Shown: positions 36,431 through 48,076, counted from the first letter of the whole stretch. The stretch: 63,884 nucleotides of DNA, filler included, from 15 parts of 15 records of this genome joined end to end with filler, not necessarily neighbours in it; one strand, 5' to 3'. Numbers and translations are program-made. Notes: generated by a model not told the origin, from the sequence alone.

Positions 36431-39400
36431 ATGTCTGCGCATGTGACGGCCCCGCGCACACGCGAGCTGGACGCCAAGACGAGCGCTCTCGTGGCAGGGC
36501 TGCGAGGCGGTGCTGAGCAGCGCAAGGCCGCCTGCACTGCGTTGCTCGACCTCGAGGCAGAATATTTCGCCAGCGGCGGTGTCGGCGACGACGAGACGTT
36601 CGCTGACATCGCGGTAGCGTGTTCCAGACCGCTCTGCGAGGTGTTGTACAAGACTGTCGCAGAGGTACCCGCTGAGGAGTACATCCAGGTAGCGCGAGTA
36701 CTGACAGCATTGTGCGGCGTTTCCCCAGGACGCGTCGGCGGCGAGTGCATGACGCAGTGTTGGGACTATCTAATGTCTCACGACAGCGCGCTGGGTGTGG
36801 TGCTGTCCAAGGAGCCCGAGGCATTGACACCCGAAGATGCGCTGGTAGTTGCAGCCGCATACGGCGCGCAGTGCGTACACTGGGCGTCACCCTCCGGTGT
36901 GTCTGCTGTCTTGCGGGTGAACGGAATGTCTTACACAGAGTGGATAACTGGGCACGTGCGGAGCGCTTTCTTGTTAGCTCCGCCACCAGACTCTGCTGGC
37001 CCACACCAGCAAGGGCTGCCTTGGCTCCCGGGTGATCGACGCAACATGGCTCTGGTGCGACTGTTCCTTGACATGTTGAGGGAGCCTGCGAAAATTCCAG
37101 AGTTTGTACTTGTTGGGGTCTTTTTTTCGATCTCGCATGCTTCGATGATTGGACACTCTGGCAACCCCGTCGTCGCTCTGATGGCGCTGGAGGACGGAGC
37201 CATTGAGCTCCTCATGGATAGCTTACGAAATGCGACTGCTTCCGGCCTGCTCGCTGCTCGAGGCTTTGCACGCGGTGGTCACGAGGCATTGCAAGCTCTC
37301 AAGGAAATCGTTGGCTCAGCGCAAATGGCTGGAACTGATGTCACTCAACAGCTCCTCGATTGCGGTTTCATCGACCTCCTTATAACTGCACTCGAAGAAA
37401 CGCAGATGCTTGGTGCTGGCAAAACGAACGCTTTGTTGGTGTGTTGGACAGCGCTGTGGACGCTGCTCATGCTAGATGGATCGGCGCTGTGTCAGATTGA
37501 CGCAAAGCTCCGCACGCTTGCTTCGACGCTGAGATTTCTTGCTGATAGTGAAATCGACTTTATCGCCGAAAGTGGCTTGACGAGCGGTGTTTTTGGCACA
37601 CTAATTGCAGCGAATGTGTTTGGGAAAGATGAAGAGGAAAACAGCTTTGGACTCACGCAGCGAGATATCACCCACATAATCCCGTGGATGAGCGAGGTCG
37701 TCAATCCTGCGACGTGGGGCTGGGCTGTACCGTTTCATTCAAGAACCTGCCAGCCTTTACTTAATCTTTGCAAGTCGGATACAGCAAAACAAATGCTTCT
37801 CAGCGAGGACAACTTCATTCCTCTCCTGATCGAAGGATTGCTGCTCGATCCTCAACATCCGTCTCGCAAGGACGCAGACGAGACGACAAAATCCATTATC
37901 CAAAGGGACATTGCTGAGTGTATCCAGCAGGTTAGCCTGTTCGGACCTGGATGCGAGGCCCTGAAGGCTAATCCGGATGTCGTCATTGCGCTTGACACTA
38001 CGTTTGACAAAGCACGGTCCGAGGAAGCAAAAATCTGTGCAGCTGCCGCGCTCAAACAGCTGTGCCCTGAGCGAAGTGAGAAAATGCTCGTGATCGATCC
38101 AGACTCAAAACACATCATGATGAGCTGTGAGTGCCGTCATATATCCATCTTATGTTCTTTTCGCATCTTTGTCGCCGCTCAAGGTAGGCCGACTGAGTGT
38201 GACACGTTCCATATTTGTGCTGCAGACCAATGGGAAAATCAGGAGATTGTTAAAGTGTGCCCACGATGCTGCGTGAACTGTACATTCATGCTGTATATAC
38301 CATTATTAGTCTCCTGACCGTGCGGTGCGCATATGCGTGCATGTGTACATGTGCGCATGTGCTTAGAGGATCGTCGCGGACCTGCAAAGCCGCCGGTACA
38401 AGGTCTGCACAGCCCCTCACTTGATTTGTATCATTCTGGTCTCTTTGCTGCTGCTGAGCTTAACTGGGAAGCTCCTTGCGAATGACTCTGCTGGTGGACC
38501 AGGTTTGGTTCGAGTGAGTGTCTACTGGTGCTCGCGTGCATCCCTTTGCTGAGCTGCCTACAGCTAATCGTATGTGTCGTGTGGCTGATCAATTTCGATG
38601 CCATAAGCTTGGAGTGTATGAAAGGCAGCATCGTCGACGCGTGCGTTGCCAATTTGTCGACTGTCCTGCAGTGTTGTGGATCTACCGACTGAAATTTGGG
38701 TGCGTCGCTCACGATGGTGGTGCACTTGTAGAATGTCGGAGGCGGTCGAGGGGTGAAATATGCATCCCCTCTCCGCACACATATCTCTCGCGTGCTGTAG
38801 ATGCGTATTGATTAATGTTTGTGTGTCCCTCGGCTGTTGGCGTCCAAAGAGCCGAGCTTATCATTTATGGAGTCAGCGAGAAGTACAAAGAGAGGTGAGT
38901 CAGCGGTTTTGGGTTTCGTGTTTCATTGTGGCATTTCCACGGAGCTAACAGCCGTATGTGTGGTGCGGCTAGCGCTAATTGTCGTCTGGAGTTGAATTAC
39001 GGGTGTCAAGAAGAAGTATCGATGATGCCACTCATGATGCAAAAGGACTATAAGGCGAAGTGAGTAGTCGCTTTGCCGCAAGTAGAGTCTACTAAGGTCC
39101 GTGTAGCTAGTGCTTGAAAGTGCGGGCTGAGCTTCAACATTGTGATGCGCGTGCAGAGGTTGGCTTGGCCTGCTCTTGGGCCAGAGTATGTGGTATGCTT
39201 TCTGGCCCGAGGCCGTTTCGACGGACGAGAAGTTCAAGGAGCAGATGGACAAAGTAGCGCGTCACGTGGGTGACAGGGGCAAGATCAAGACGAAGGTAGT
39301 GCATGAGGGCGTTCCTCCGAATGCTGATCCTCTGACTCCTGCCTTCGAGCGGAGTCCCGAACCTGCTCCAGCACCCGCGCGCAGCATTGCCACCACATCA

Positions 39401-40131
39401 GAGAGCGACGTACAAAGGGTGGCAGAGGCATCAGAAACCTACAGCTTCACCCCGAGCATGCAGATTCAGATGCCATCCCCAACAACTCCTGGTGGGCACC
39501 AGCAGCGTGTGGCGATGAGTGGGGCTACCGGTAGTCTATTGGAGACCGTGGCCATCTTGAAAGGGCAACGGGACGAGGCCAAGGCCGAACGTGCAGAGGC
39601 GCAGGCTGAGCGAGAGAAGATGCAGGCCAGGCTCGAGCAGCGAATGGAGAAGGAGCGTGAGGAGCTGGCTGAGCAGAAGCAGGCGATGCAGGCTCAAATC
39701 GCAGAGCTGACTGCCCCTAAGCCGGCAGCGATTGCGGAAGAGGATGTCATGTCGCTGCAGGCTCGGCTAGAGGCCGTGCATATGAGCAAGCTGATCACTG
39801 ACGAGGTACGTGCACATTATGATATAAGACCTAATCATCTATCCAGGAAGACGCTTAGTTGCTTGAGATTCGTGTGGCCAGCAGAGAAGACTTGTGCCTT
39901 GTGACTGCGTATCCGAAATCGTAGGAACTGTACGCGATCGAGGATCTGGTGGCAGACTATTCTGAGCTCGAGATTTCATTGGCCGGCCAGGCGATTACAG
40001 AGCAAATGATCTACTCGTCACCAGGTGACACCTTCGAAGTAGCGAGCAAGCTGCACAAGCTCATTGGGATTTCGCGGAAGATGCGTGGCGACGCAGCATT
40101 TGCACGACAACTTCGGAGGAAAGTTTTGTAG
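36431..40131 (+). CDS. ARM/HEAT-like helical repeat + TIR domain + coiled coil + C-terminal helical domain protein (10 exons)
   Basis: Manual splicing (introns 38127-38225, 38255-38366, 38403-38502, 38514-38607, 38641-38731, 38753-38849, 38895-38972, 39060-39156, 39806-39924) gives KHIMMSYQWENQEIVKRIVADLQSRRYKVWFDLECMKGSIVDAMSEAVEGAELIIYGVSEKYKESANCRLELNYGCQEEVSMMPLMMQKDYKAKGWLGLLLGQSMWYAFW, a TIR_2-type domain. Confidence 0.85.
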
Positions 40132-40291
40132 AGAGGAACTATTGCAGTTCGGAGAGAGATTCATTCGAAAACCGTTAGAAATCGTCTCCAATGATAGTCC
40201 TCCATGTTCTTCCACACTTGTCATGCAAACTTCAAACGTAATCAGGTAGTCAGGTATTCGATTCTATGGGTATACTATGGAAGCCCCAAAT

Positions 40292-40320
40292 CGTGACACC
40301 GGGCATAAGGGCCTTATGCC
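40292..40320. repeat. Palindromic repeat copy at contig end
   Basis: CGTGACACCGGGCATAAGG-G-CCTTATGCC, cut off by the contig end. Confidence 0.85.
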
Positions 40321-40420
40321 NNNNNNNNNNNNNNNNNNNNNNNNNNNNNNNNNNNNNNNNNNNNTTAATTAATTAANNNNNNNNNNNNNNNNNNNNNNNN
40401 NNNNNNNNNNNNNNNNNNNN

Positions 40421-43400
40421 TACCGAATTCTTGATTGTCATTTGCGTCGGCCTTGACACACTGATGGGCAGCGGCGGTGAGCCATCAGAAGCGGCCTTCA
40501 CAGAGAGCAGGAGCCGGCTCTATCGCGGCATCACACGCGCTCACATGCTGGCTTTGGTTGTCAATGCCTTTGTTCCTGGCGGCTGGCTCGAGTATCTGAC
40601 GACAGTCCGGTTGAAAAAGGGCACCGTGCAGGCTGACCATCGCACGCAGACCGTGAAGTCGACACGCATGTTGAAAGAGCAGCAGCCCAGACTCGATGCA
40701 AAGGGCACTGTGCCCGCGGCACCGCCACTTTTTTCGGATCCCATGAAGTCGACATGCATGTCAAAAGAACAGCAGGCCAGGCTCGACGCAGACAAAAAGC
40801 GAACGCAGGAACGGCGGCACAGGGTAGAGACATTCATGCAAGAGAAGATCCTGAGCACTAAGCTCGGCACTGAAGAGGCTGCATTTATTACGCAGAAAAT
40901 TATCGCTGCACTTAGCCGTCCAGAGCATGACCTAGAGGCAGTCTTCGCCAACGCAAGGTCAGTCGAGTGGCCACGGCAGCAGCAGCTTGATCGCATACCC
41001 CGGCTGGTTGCTGAGGTGGAAACTATCGACGATACTGGAGCGATTGGCGCACTGCGGCAGCTGGCAACAGCGGAGCTAACAAGCAGTGGCGACATGACTG
41101 CAGAGCAGGCTGTAGAATTGGCATTGAGCAGCTGGCATGAAGTGGGCACAACAATCAAGCAGCTGATAAAAGACAAGGCGCTCAGCGTGGCAGATGCCCA
41201 ACAGTCTTCAATGCAGGTCAACGTGGCATCCGACCTGGCGCGGGGCCGCGAAGTGCATAGCACTGCTTCAGCCCTGCTAGAGGAGTGGGTATTAGACGAT
41301 AGTATCCAGAGAGCTTTTTTGCAACTAAAGCAACAGCTTGGGAAGTCGAAGCAGCTCCGCACGCTCCGACCTCTGCAGGCCATGGTTACAGGTAGCTTGC
41401 GCCAAGGATTGAGCATCGATGACTCCATCTCCGCGGCCCTCACGCTGATGCAGGTTGCCGATACGGCCCTTCAAGCACTGGCCGTGAACCGGCAGATCGC
41501 GGACCCATTGACGTGGTGCCCGGTCGAAGATGTGGTCCAGGATTGCGTCGGCTTGGAAGGCGATGAACTTGTGGCTGCAGTGTCAAGACGAGTGGCTCAT
41601 TGGGAGGCACAAAAGAAACACGAGCTGGAGGCGCAGAAGGAAGAGCAGTCCATTTGGGACTCCAGCGGCAACGTGACCGCGCGGGTCGCCACACAGCATC
41701 TGGCTGAGAAACAGGCGGAGCAGGAACGTCTGGTCAGGGAGAAGACGGAGCGGGAGCAACTGGCTAGGCAGAAGGCAGAGCAGGAGCGACTGGCTGCTAA
41801 AAAGATAGACTTAGTTGCTGAAAAGATAGACTTAGTAGGCTGGTGCACAAAAGGAGCGTTCGCAAAGCAAGGGCGCCAGGTAGGACAAGTTCTTGAGGAT
41901 CCGAACCCTGATGGTGAGGTGAAGGTCTGCTGGTCAGATGGCTCAATGAGTGAATACATGAAGGCAATGAATCTCGCAGAGGCGAACGCTGTAGATCAAC
42001 GAAGCGCAGCCGACTGGTGCAGCGAGGGTGTGTACGGAAAGTACCAGGGCAGGATCGGTGTGCTGATGGGGTCGCCTGATCGTGATGCGCAGGTGAAGCT
42101 GAAATGGGACGATGATGGCACTGAAAGCAGCTGGGTGAAGGCAGTGTGTGTGCATCCACCGACAGAGCCTGAGCCTCAGCCTGTAGACGGAACCACATCG
42201 ACAGAGGCAGGGAGTGAGGCTCAGCCTCAGACTCCCCAGCTTGACCGTCAGACAGCGCCAGCAAAAGAAACAGCAACAGAGCAACAGTTAGATCCAGCAA
42301 CAGAGCATCAGTTAGATCCAGGGCACCCGGTGGCAGCTGAGTCGTCAAGCAAGAGTGATGAACCTGAAGATGACGTGGTCGACGAAGGCGTGCCACCCCT
42401 AGGGGAGTCAGAACAGCCCGATCCCGAAGCTGGTCTCACCACTGCGATTCCGAAGCTAACGAACGACACAACCCGGAACGCGGAATCTGCATTGACAGAG
42501 CAAAAGCATCTGGCTTTGGAAGGGGCAGAGTGGCGGCGGCAGCAAGCGGAGGAAGCTGCGTCCACTTTGCTCGAGCCAGAGCCAGAGCCAGCACCAGCGC
42601 CAGCGCCAGAGCCAGAGCCGGCTGTTCGCAGGAGTATTGACGAAATCTGGGACGATGATCACCCGGTGCTCGTCATTGACGTCGGCTCTACTATGTGCAA
42701 GGCTGGGCTTTCTGGAAGTGACTCGCCCAAAGTGGTCTTTCCCTCTGTCTATGCAAAGAACGGCGGACTCAAAGAGGACAGAATCCTGGAGACCTTGAGG
42801 AAAGGAGATCCTGGGAGCGTGCGTTCACGCAGCAATCTCACTCGCGTTTCTTTCCTTCTATTCTGCCCTGCAATACGCTGACATCATTTGTTTGGTCGGT
42901 GCAGCCCATGGCCTGGCAAAGAGTCAAAAGACCAAGGAAAGGCAGCTGGGTCGGTGACAAGGCCTTGTCTAACTTGGCAGACGCCACTCAAAAATCTCGA
43001 GCACTAGCTCTCGTGTACCCGGTCCGTGATCGTATCGTGACTGACTGGGACGCTATGGAAAGAGTGTGGCGACACACGATTTCCGAAGTGCTCGACCCGG
43101 AACGCGAAGAGCTCTATGACTGTTGTCACTCACTCGGCGTGCTTTTGACTGAGCCCCCACTTAATCCGAAAGCCAATCGCGAGAAAATGACACAAATCTG
43201 GTTCGAAACTTTCAACGCTGGCTCTGTCTATGTTGCGACCGGCGCAGTGCTCTCCCTGTACGGCTCGAAGTCTTATACTGCCAGCTTCAACACCGGAATC
43301 GCACTTGACTCGGGTGGTGGCATCACCCACATTGCTCCAGTTTACGAGGGCCACGTGCTCCCACACGCTGTCAAGAGTCTTGCGCTCGGCGGGAACGACC

Positions 43401-43840
43401 TCATCGATTGTACCGGTGGCCAGCAGATTCTTTGTCAAGACAAGCGGCATCGCTGCGTGGAGCCTCTTTTCGAGCCGTCCTTGCTCCTGGGGCCGTCCTC
43501 AGTAGGCATTCATGAGCTCACCTACGAGTCGATCATGGAGTGCGACGTCGATATCCGTACGGATCTAAGCGGCAATATTGTGCTGTCAGGTGGCAACACG
43601 ATGTTCCCAGGTTTGGCCGACCGCCTCCAGAAGACAGTCCAAGCCCTGGCCCCGCCGACCATGCGGATCAAGGCATTCGCCCCGTCGAAGCCCGGTAACT
43701 CTGCGTGGGTTGGTGGCTCCATGCTGTGCTCTTCGGAATTTGACCCCTTGATCCCAGCCTCAGCGCGATACTCGATGTTCATCACGCACGAGGAATACAA
43801 CGAGCATGGCCCCTGCATCGTGCACCGCAACTGTTTCTAA
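40421..43840 (+). CDS. Multidomain fusion: UvrD-like (SF1) helicase C-terminus + helical region + 2 SH3-like repeats + PE linker + divergent actin domain; 5' truncated; intron 42819-42904
   Basis: EFLIVICVG...RSRLYRGITRA (helicase motifs V/VI). Actin motifs VLVIDVGSTMCKAG, VLLTEPPLNPKANREKMTQIWFETFN, DSGGGITH, ECDVDIRTDL..NIVLSGGNTMFPG and IVHRNCF*. The actin start is in the same ORF as the helicase motif, and a phase-0 intron joins the remainder. Confidence 0.85.
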
Positions 43841-44559
43841 GTGGCCTCGTAGGGCAAGTGTTTCTAAGTTGCCTCAGTGGCAGTAGTAACGGCACCCTTA
43901 ACGTATTGTGATACATATTCGCAATCATACAGAATATTGGCGAAACTTTCGATCCTACATACTGATCAGTTGTTGTCATGCGACACGTAATGATCATCTA
44001 CGCCACTGATTAGTGTGGCATCATCCAGCTCACCGCTCAGGGGCCGCAGTGAATAGAGACCGCCCTAGTCCACGAGCAGAAAGGAAAAAGGGTTTCTGGA
44101 ACACCTGCCGGTGAGCCACTTAAAGAGACAAAAGCAAAGCTGTGATAGTTGTCTTCGATCTCAGCCCTCGTGCATTCTCCCCACTGACCACACCATAAGC
44201 ACCCATACTCGTCTTTCAACCGCCAACTCCAAACCTGTACCCGATGTGCTGAGTTCACGAACAGAGCAAAAATGCCGACCCACTGCAAGTCTGCAGCTCT
44301 ACCTACGCTACCTTCGCCAATCCGTGATCAATGCCATACGGGTTCTTCGTTGTATATACTTATAATCTATATTTCTTTGTGGTTTCATCCGTGCTTCTTG
44401 CCATGCTTCTTGCCCGGCTTCTTGCTCTTCTTCTAGATGAGAGCCTAAGCAACGAACTTTGATGTCGGCCTCGTGCAGTCTAGTTCTAGCACCTCAGCCA
44501 TCCGCCTGCGGGCGTGAACTCTCCTCGGATTCCCGGCAACGTGCGCCAGCTGTACGGAC

Positions 44560-45001
44560 CGGTGATATTGTCGGCTGTCCCATGCGTATGATTAGTCTTG
44601 GCGCATGCATGCTTGTCCAAACCACAGCCCCAGTACGACAAGAATGCGTGGTACTTGCCGTCCGGTTCACGGCCAAGGATTGCCGCACCCCCAGTTTAGA
44701 ACGCAAGGCGCCAGCCCACTACATGTGATTGTGTGGTACCTACCACCAGACAGCAGACGGCCACCTCAGGTGACGCAGGAGTATGTGATGAACGGCGTCT
44801 TGCAGCACATCCTACAGCTGCCGGCCGGATTCAAAGTACTGTTAATTGGAGACACCAATATTCAGACAGTACGAAACGTGGTGTGGAACGGAAAGGCCAT
44901 CACGGGTAAATGGTGTGTGCGAGCGACAGCAGAAGAAATGACGAGAAGAAAACAAGCGGCAACTAAGCTACTTGTGGCTAAAATCGATTTTTTTCCCTTT
45001 T
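44560..45001 (+). mobile_element. Degenerate non-LTR retrotransposon (LINE) APE endonuclease fragment
   Basis: LHVIVWYLPPDS...KVLLIGDTN matches the YxPP and GDxN motifs of endonuclease/exonuclease/phosphatase domains. The upstream part appears frameshifted and no RT is seen. Confidence 0.5.
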
Positions 45002-45101
45002 NNNNNNNNNNNNNNNNNNNNNNNNNNNNNNNNNNNNNNNNNNNNTTAATTAATTAANNNNNNNNNNNNNNNNNNNNNNNNNNNNNNNNNNNNNNNNNNN
45101 N

Positions 45102-46749
45102 GCCACCAAAAGCGTTTGGCGGATTGATCGACCTCGAGCCGTCCTCGCCTACTGTCATCGTGCCCGTTAGCTCCCCTGCATCAGGAACTTCTTGCAAACT
45201 CACCGCCGAGAGCCGCAAGGTGCTGCCAGGGCCCAGCTGACTCTCTGCTTCCCCCAGCGTGGTGATAGGCACGCTCGTCGAGCTCAGACTCAGCGATCCA
45301 CCACTGCCCACGGTGATTGTCAAGAGATCTAGACCAACGCAGGCGCTCAGGCTAGCGCTACCACCACCCAGAACCGAGAGCTTGGTTGCCTGCACCGCCA
45401 CATATGTCAGCTCCAGCGAACCAAGCTGTTGTACCGTGAAGCCACCACTGCCCCACACCGGAGCTGTGGGCAGAGCTCGATCTCCGCTCACGCTGACCCG
45501 CTGCCCTGTTGTGATCGTAAGGTCTGTGGCGATCCCCGCATCTTCAGTCAGTATTCCGACGAAGACGCCCGCCGCACCTAACACGACTGCGGAGAAGAAT
45601 GTCTCGAAGTCTGCACCCAGGTACCCACCGTCCATCTACCAGAAGGAACAGTGGAATCGTGTTAGCAATCATCGCCATCTAGTCGGAATGAAAGCACCAG
45701 CACAAAGCGTAGGACAGGGATGGGTAGGCATCTTGGGAGCTCACCGCCGACCCGACCCAGGAGTAGAGGCCACGGTTTAGCTCACATGACAGCTTGGAAT
45801 CGTCGCCGTCGATGCTGATCAGCATCAGGAAGCCGTGGTAGCTCTCGGTGCACTCTGGTACGCACTCAGAAGTTGCCATCCCGTCCGAGCACTCCACGTT
45901 GAGCTGCTCCGCTAGAGATGGTGCCGAGTGCATCGCCGCCTCGCATAGAGCTACAGTCGGCTCGAAGTGGCTGCTGGATTGGCCCAGGGCAGTTCGACAC
46001 TCCTCCCAGAAGGGTAGGAAAATCGCCGCGCACGCTGCGTTGCAGCTATGTGGGTACCCGCCGGTGCAGTCCTCCGACGGCTCGTCGCAGCATTCCGCAG
46101 TGATGGCGTCTGTGTGGGTCGGCAGGTCGGCCACGTTGCACGTACCGTCATCGGGGCCGTATCCATCGGCCGTCTGCATGCGGTGGTGAGTGCCACCTGT
46201 GGGCTGTCGCCGGGTCACCGTGCGTTTGATGATCTGCGCGTTCTCCGCGGGTACACCGGCTGCTTGCTGCGGGTGACCATCGCCCGTTTGCATTCGGCGT
46301 GATCGCACGGGACAGCATGCACCCATTGCCGCCGTCAGCTCCTCGACGTGCCTCGCCAGGTCTTCCGTCTGCTCTTGTCGCGCATGGCTGTCCGGCTCCG
46401 CGTGCGTTGGAGAGTCGGGATCGCCCACCTCGGGCGCGTCCTCCTGCGTCGTCGTTGTCTGCTGCCGCAGCTCCTCCTGCCACTGTTCTAGCGCCGCGAA
46501 GCGCTCGTTCGCGCGCATTCTATCCGCTTTTAGCGCCCGCACCTCCCCGCGCAACTCAGTCACCTCCCCGAGGAGCCGATCGAGAAACGCCCGCGACAAA
46601 TCCTGCCTAGTGTGCTGACTACTACCTACCTGCATCTGTGTATGTGGCTCAGAAGCGACAGCAGCGCCGTCTGCCATCGCAGCAGCAGCGCCGCCGCACA
46701 CCACCAGCAGCAGCACAGAGATGCCGCGTGCCATGAAGCTCGACCGCAT
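45102..46749 (-). CDS. Secreted Cys-rich protein (coiled coil, RRMQ/HRMQ motifs, CCDEPSEDC module, then beta-repeat region); 3' truncated; intron 45636-45744
   Basis: Signal peptide (MARGISVLLLVVCGGAAAA), heptad region and Cys cluster ECCDEPSEDC.GGYP.SCNAACA.IFLPFWEEC. The spliced continuation is SWVGSA|MDGGYLG. Confidence 0.7.
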
Positions 46750-47201
46750 GATGACAGTAATCAATGGCGGCGGAGCACCACCAGCACCAGCGAGTGAGGG
46801 CGGGTGAGGCTCCGTCTGTCCGCGTCTCCGTCTATACACTATACAATATAGCGCGCGCTCGCAGGGTGCATGGTGCATGCATGCCATGGTGCATGCAGAT
46901 GCACGCGATGCACGCGCGCGCGCGCGGCGAGCGACGCGACGACGACCCCCGGCGCGCGCCCCTCCCGCCACGCGCTACTTGTAAACGACCGACGCTGGAT
47001 CGTGGATGGTGCGGGAACGCTGATTTGTTCAGCCGCAGAAGCATGAATTCCTTCAGAAGGATGTGTATGCAAGTGAGGATGACGTCTGAGGCGCATTGCG
47101 TGTGATCAGGTGGCGCCGATCTCGCTGCCCGGCTGGTGATGCATCCAGCCCGCGGCTGATCACAACGCTCCTCAGCGCTTGGAGGAACAACCCTCACGAG
47201 C

Positions 47202-47999
47202 ATGGCTCTCTCCACGCCAGCCGGTGAGCCGAACTCGGAGAGCGAGGCGCTGCAGCACAAGGCCATAGGGGGCGAGGCCTTTGCCAGGGAAGACTACGTC
47301 ACAGCGTCGACCCTGTACTGCAAGGCGCTCGCAGCGCTCGGACATGACACCCATGCAGCCTCGCCAGCAGCAGATGTGGAGCCGATTGTCCACGCATCAC
47401 TGATCGTGATTCTCCACTCGAACATCGCGGAGTGCTCGCTACGCATGGCGAACTTCAAAAACGCCGCACACCACGCCCAACAGGCCCTGTCGTTCGATCC
47501 CAACCACGAAAAGTCGGCCCGACGGCTCGCGCTGGCGACGGAGCAGCTGGCCGCTACCGAGCCCGAGCCGGAAGACAAGGGGAAAGAAGAGGAGAGCGAC
47601 GACAGGTCAGATTCTGAGAGCGACGACGAGCTACACGTCGAGACATTCACTGTCAATTGCCCAGACGGTCTCGGAGCTGGGGACACGATGTATATTGCGT
47701 TTGACGATGAGCTCCTCGATGACCCTGACGCAGGCGAAGGAGAAGCCTACATGGCGCAACGCGACGTGCCTGCGGCTGGCTTGGAATACTTTTCAGTGGC
47801 GATACCCGAAGGAGTGGTGGCAGGGGGCGAGGTTGAGGTCAACATTCTGTACGATGGTAGTATATTGGCCCACCCCGCGATGACGGACGCGGAGAAAGCG
47901 CGGCTGCTCGAGCCAGAGGCCCATCCAGCGCCCGAGCCGAGGGCCGCTGCCGAGCCACAGCCCACGTCTAAGCCACAGCTAGATAGAGTGACACAATGA
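47202..47999 (+). CDS. TPR-repeat protein with acidic linker and two V/I-x-P-(D/E)-G-xxx-G modules
   Basis: GGEAFAREDYVTASTLYCKAL and LHSNIAECSL...A...ALSFDPNHEKSARRLA are co-chaperone-type TPRs. Also FTVNCPDGLGAGDTM and FSVAIPEGVVAGGEV. Confidence 0.75.
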   Translation: MALSTPAGEPNSESEALQHKAIGGEAFAREDYVTASTLYCKALAALGHDTHAASPAADVEPIVHASLIVILHSNIAECSLRMANFKNAAHHAQQALSFDPNHEKSARRLALATEQLAATEPEPEDKGKEEESDDRSDSESDDELHVETFTVNCPDGLGAGDTMYIAFDDELLDDPDAGEGEAYMAQRDVPAAGLEYFSVAIPEGVVAGGEVEVNILYDGSILAHPAMTDAEKARLLEPEAHPAPEPRAAAEPQPTSKPQLDRVTQ

Positions 48000-48049
48000 T
48001 GGCATGCAGTGCAAAAGTCATTTTTGATCGCAGACTCATTATTGTAGCT

Positions 48050-48076
48050 CTTATGCCCCTTCTGCCCGGTGTCACG
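48050..48076. repeat. Inverted copy of the palindromic repeat family
   Basis: CTTATGCCCCTTCTGCCCGGTGTCACG. Its reverse complement begins CGTGACACCGGGCAGAAGG, which matches 40292 with one mismatch. Confidence 0.8.

Noticed and set aside
43900-44450. Short ORFs downstream of the actin fusion
   Set aside because: Multiple stops and no recognisable motif; cannot be assigned.
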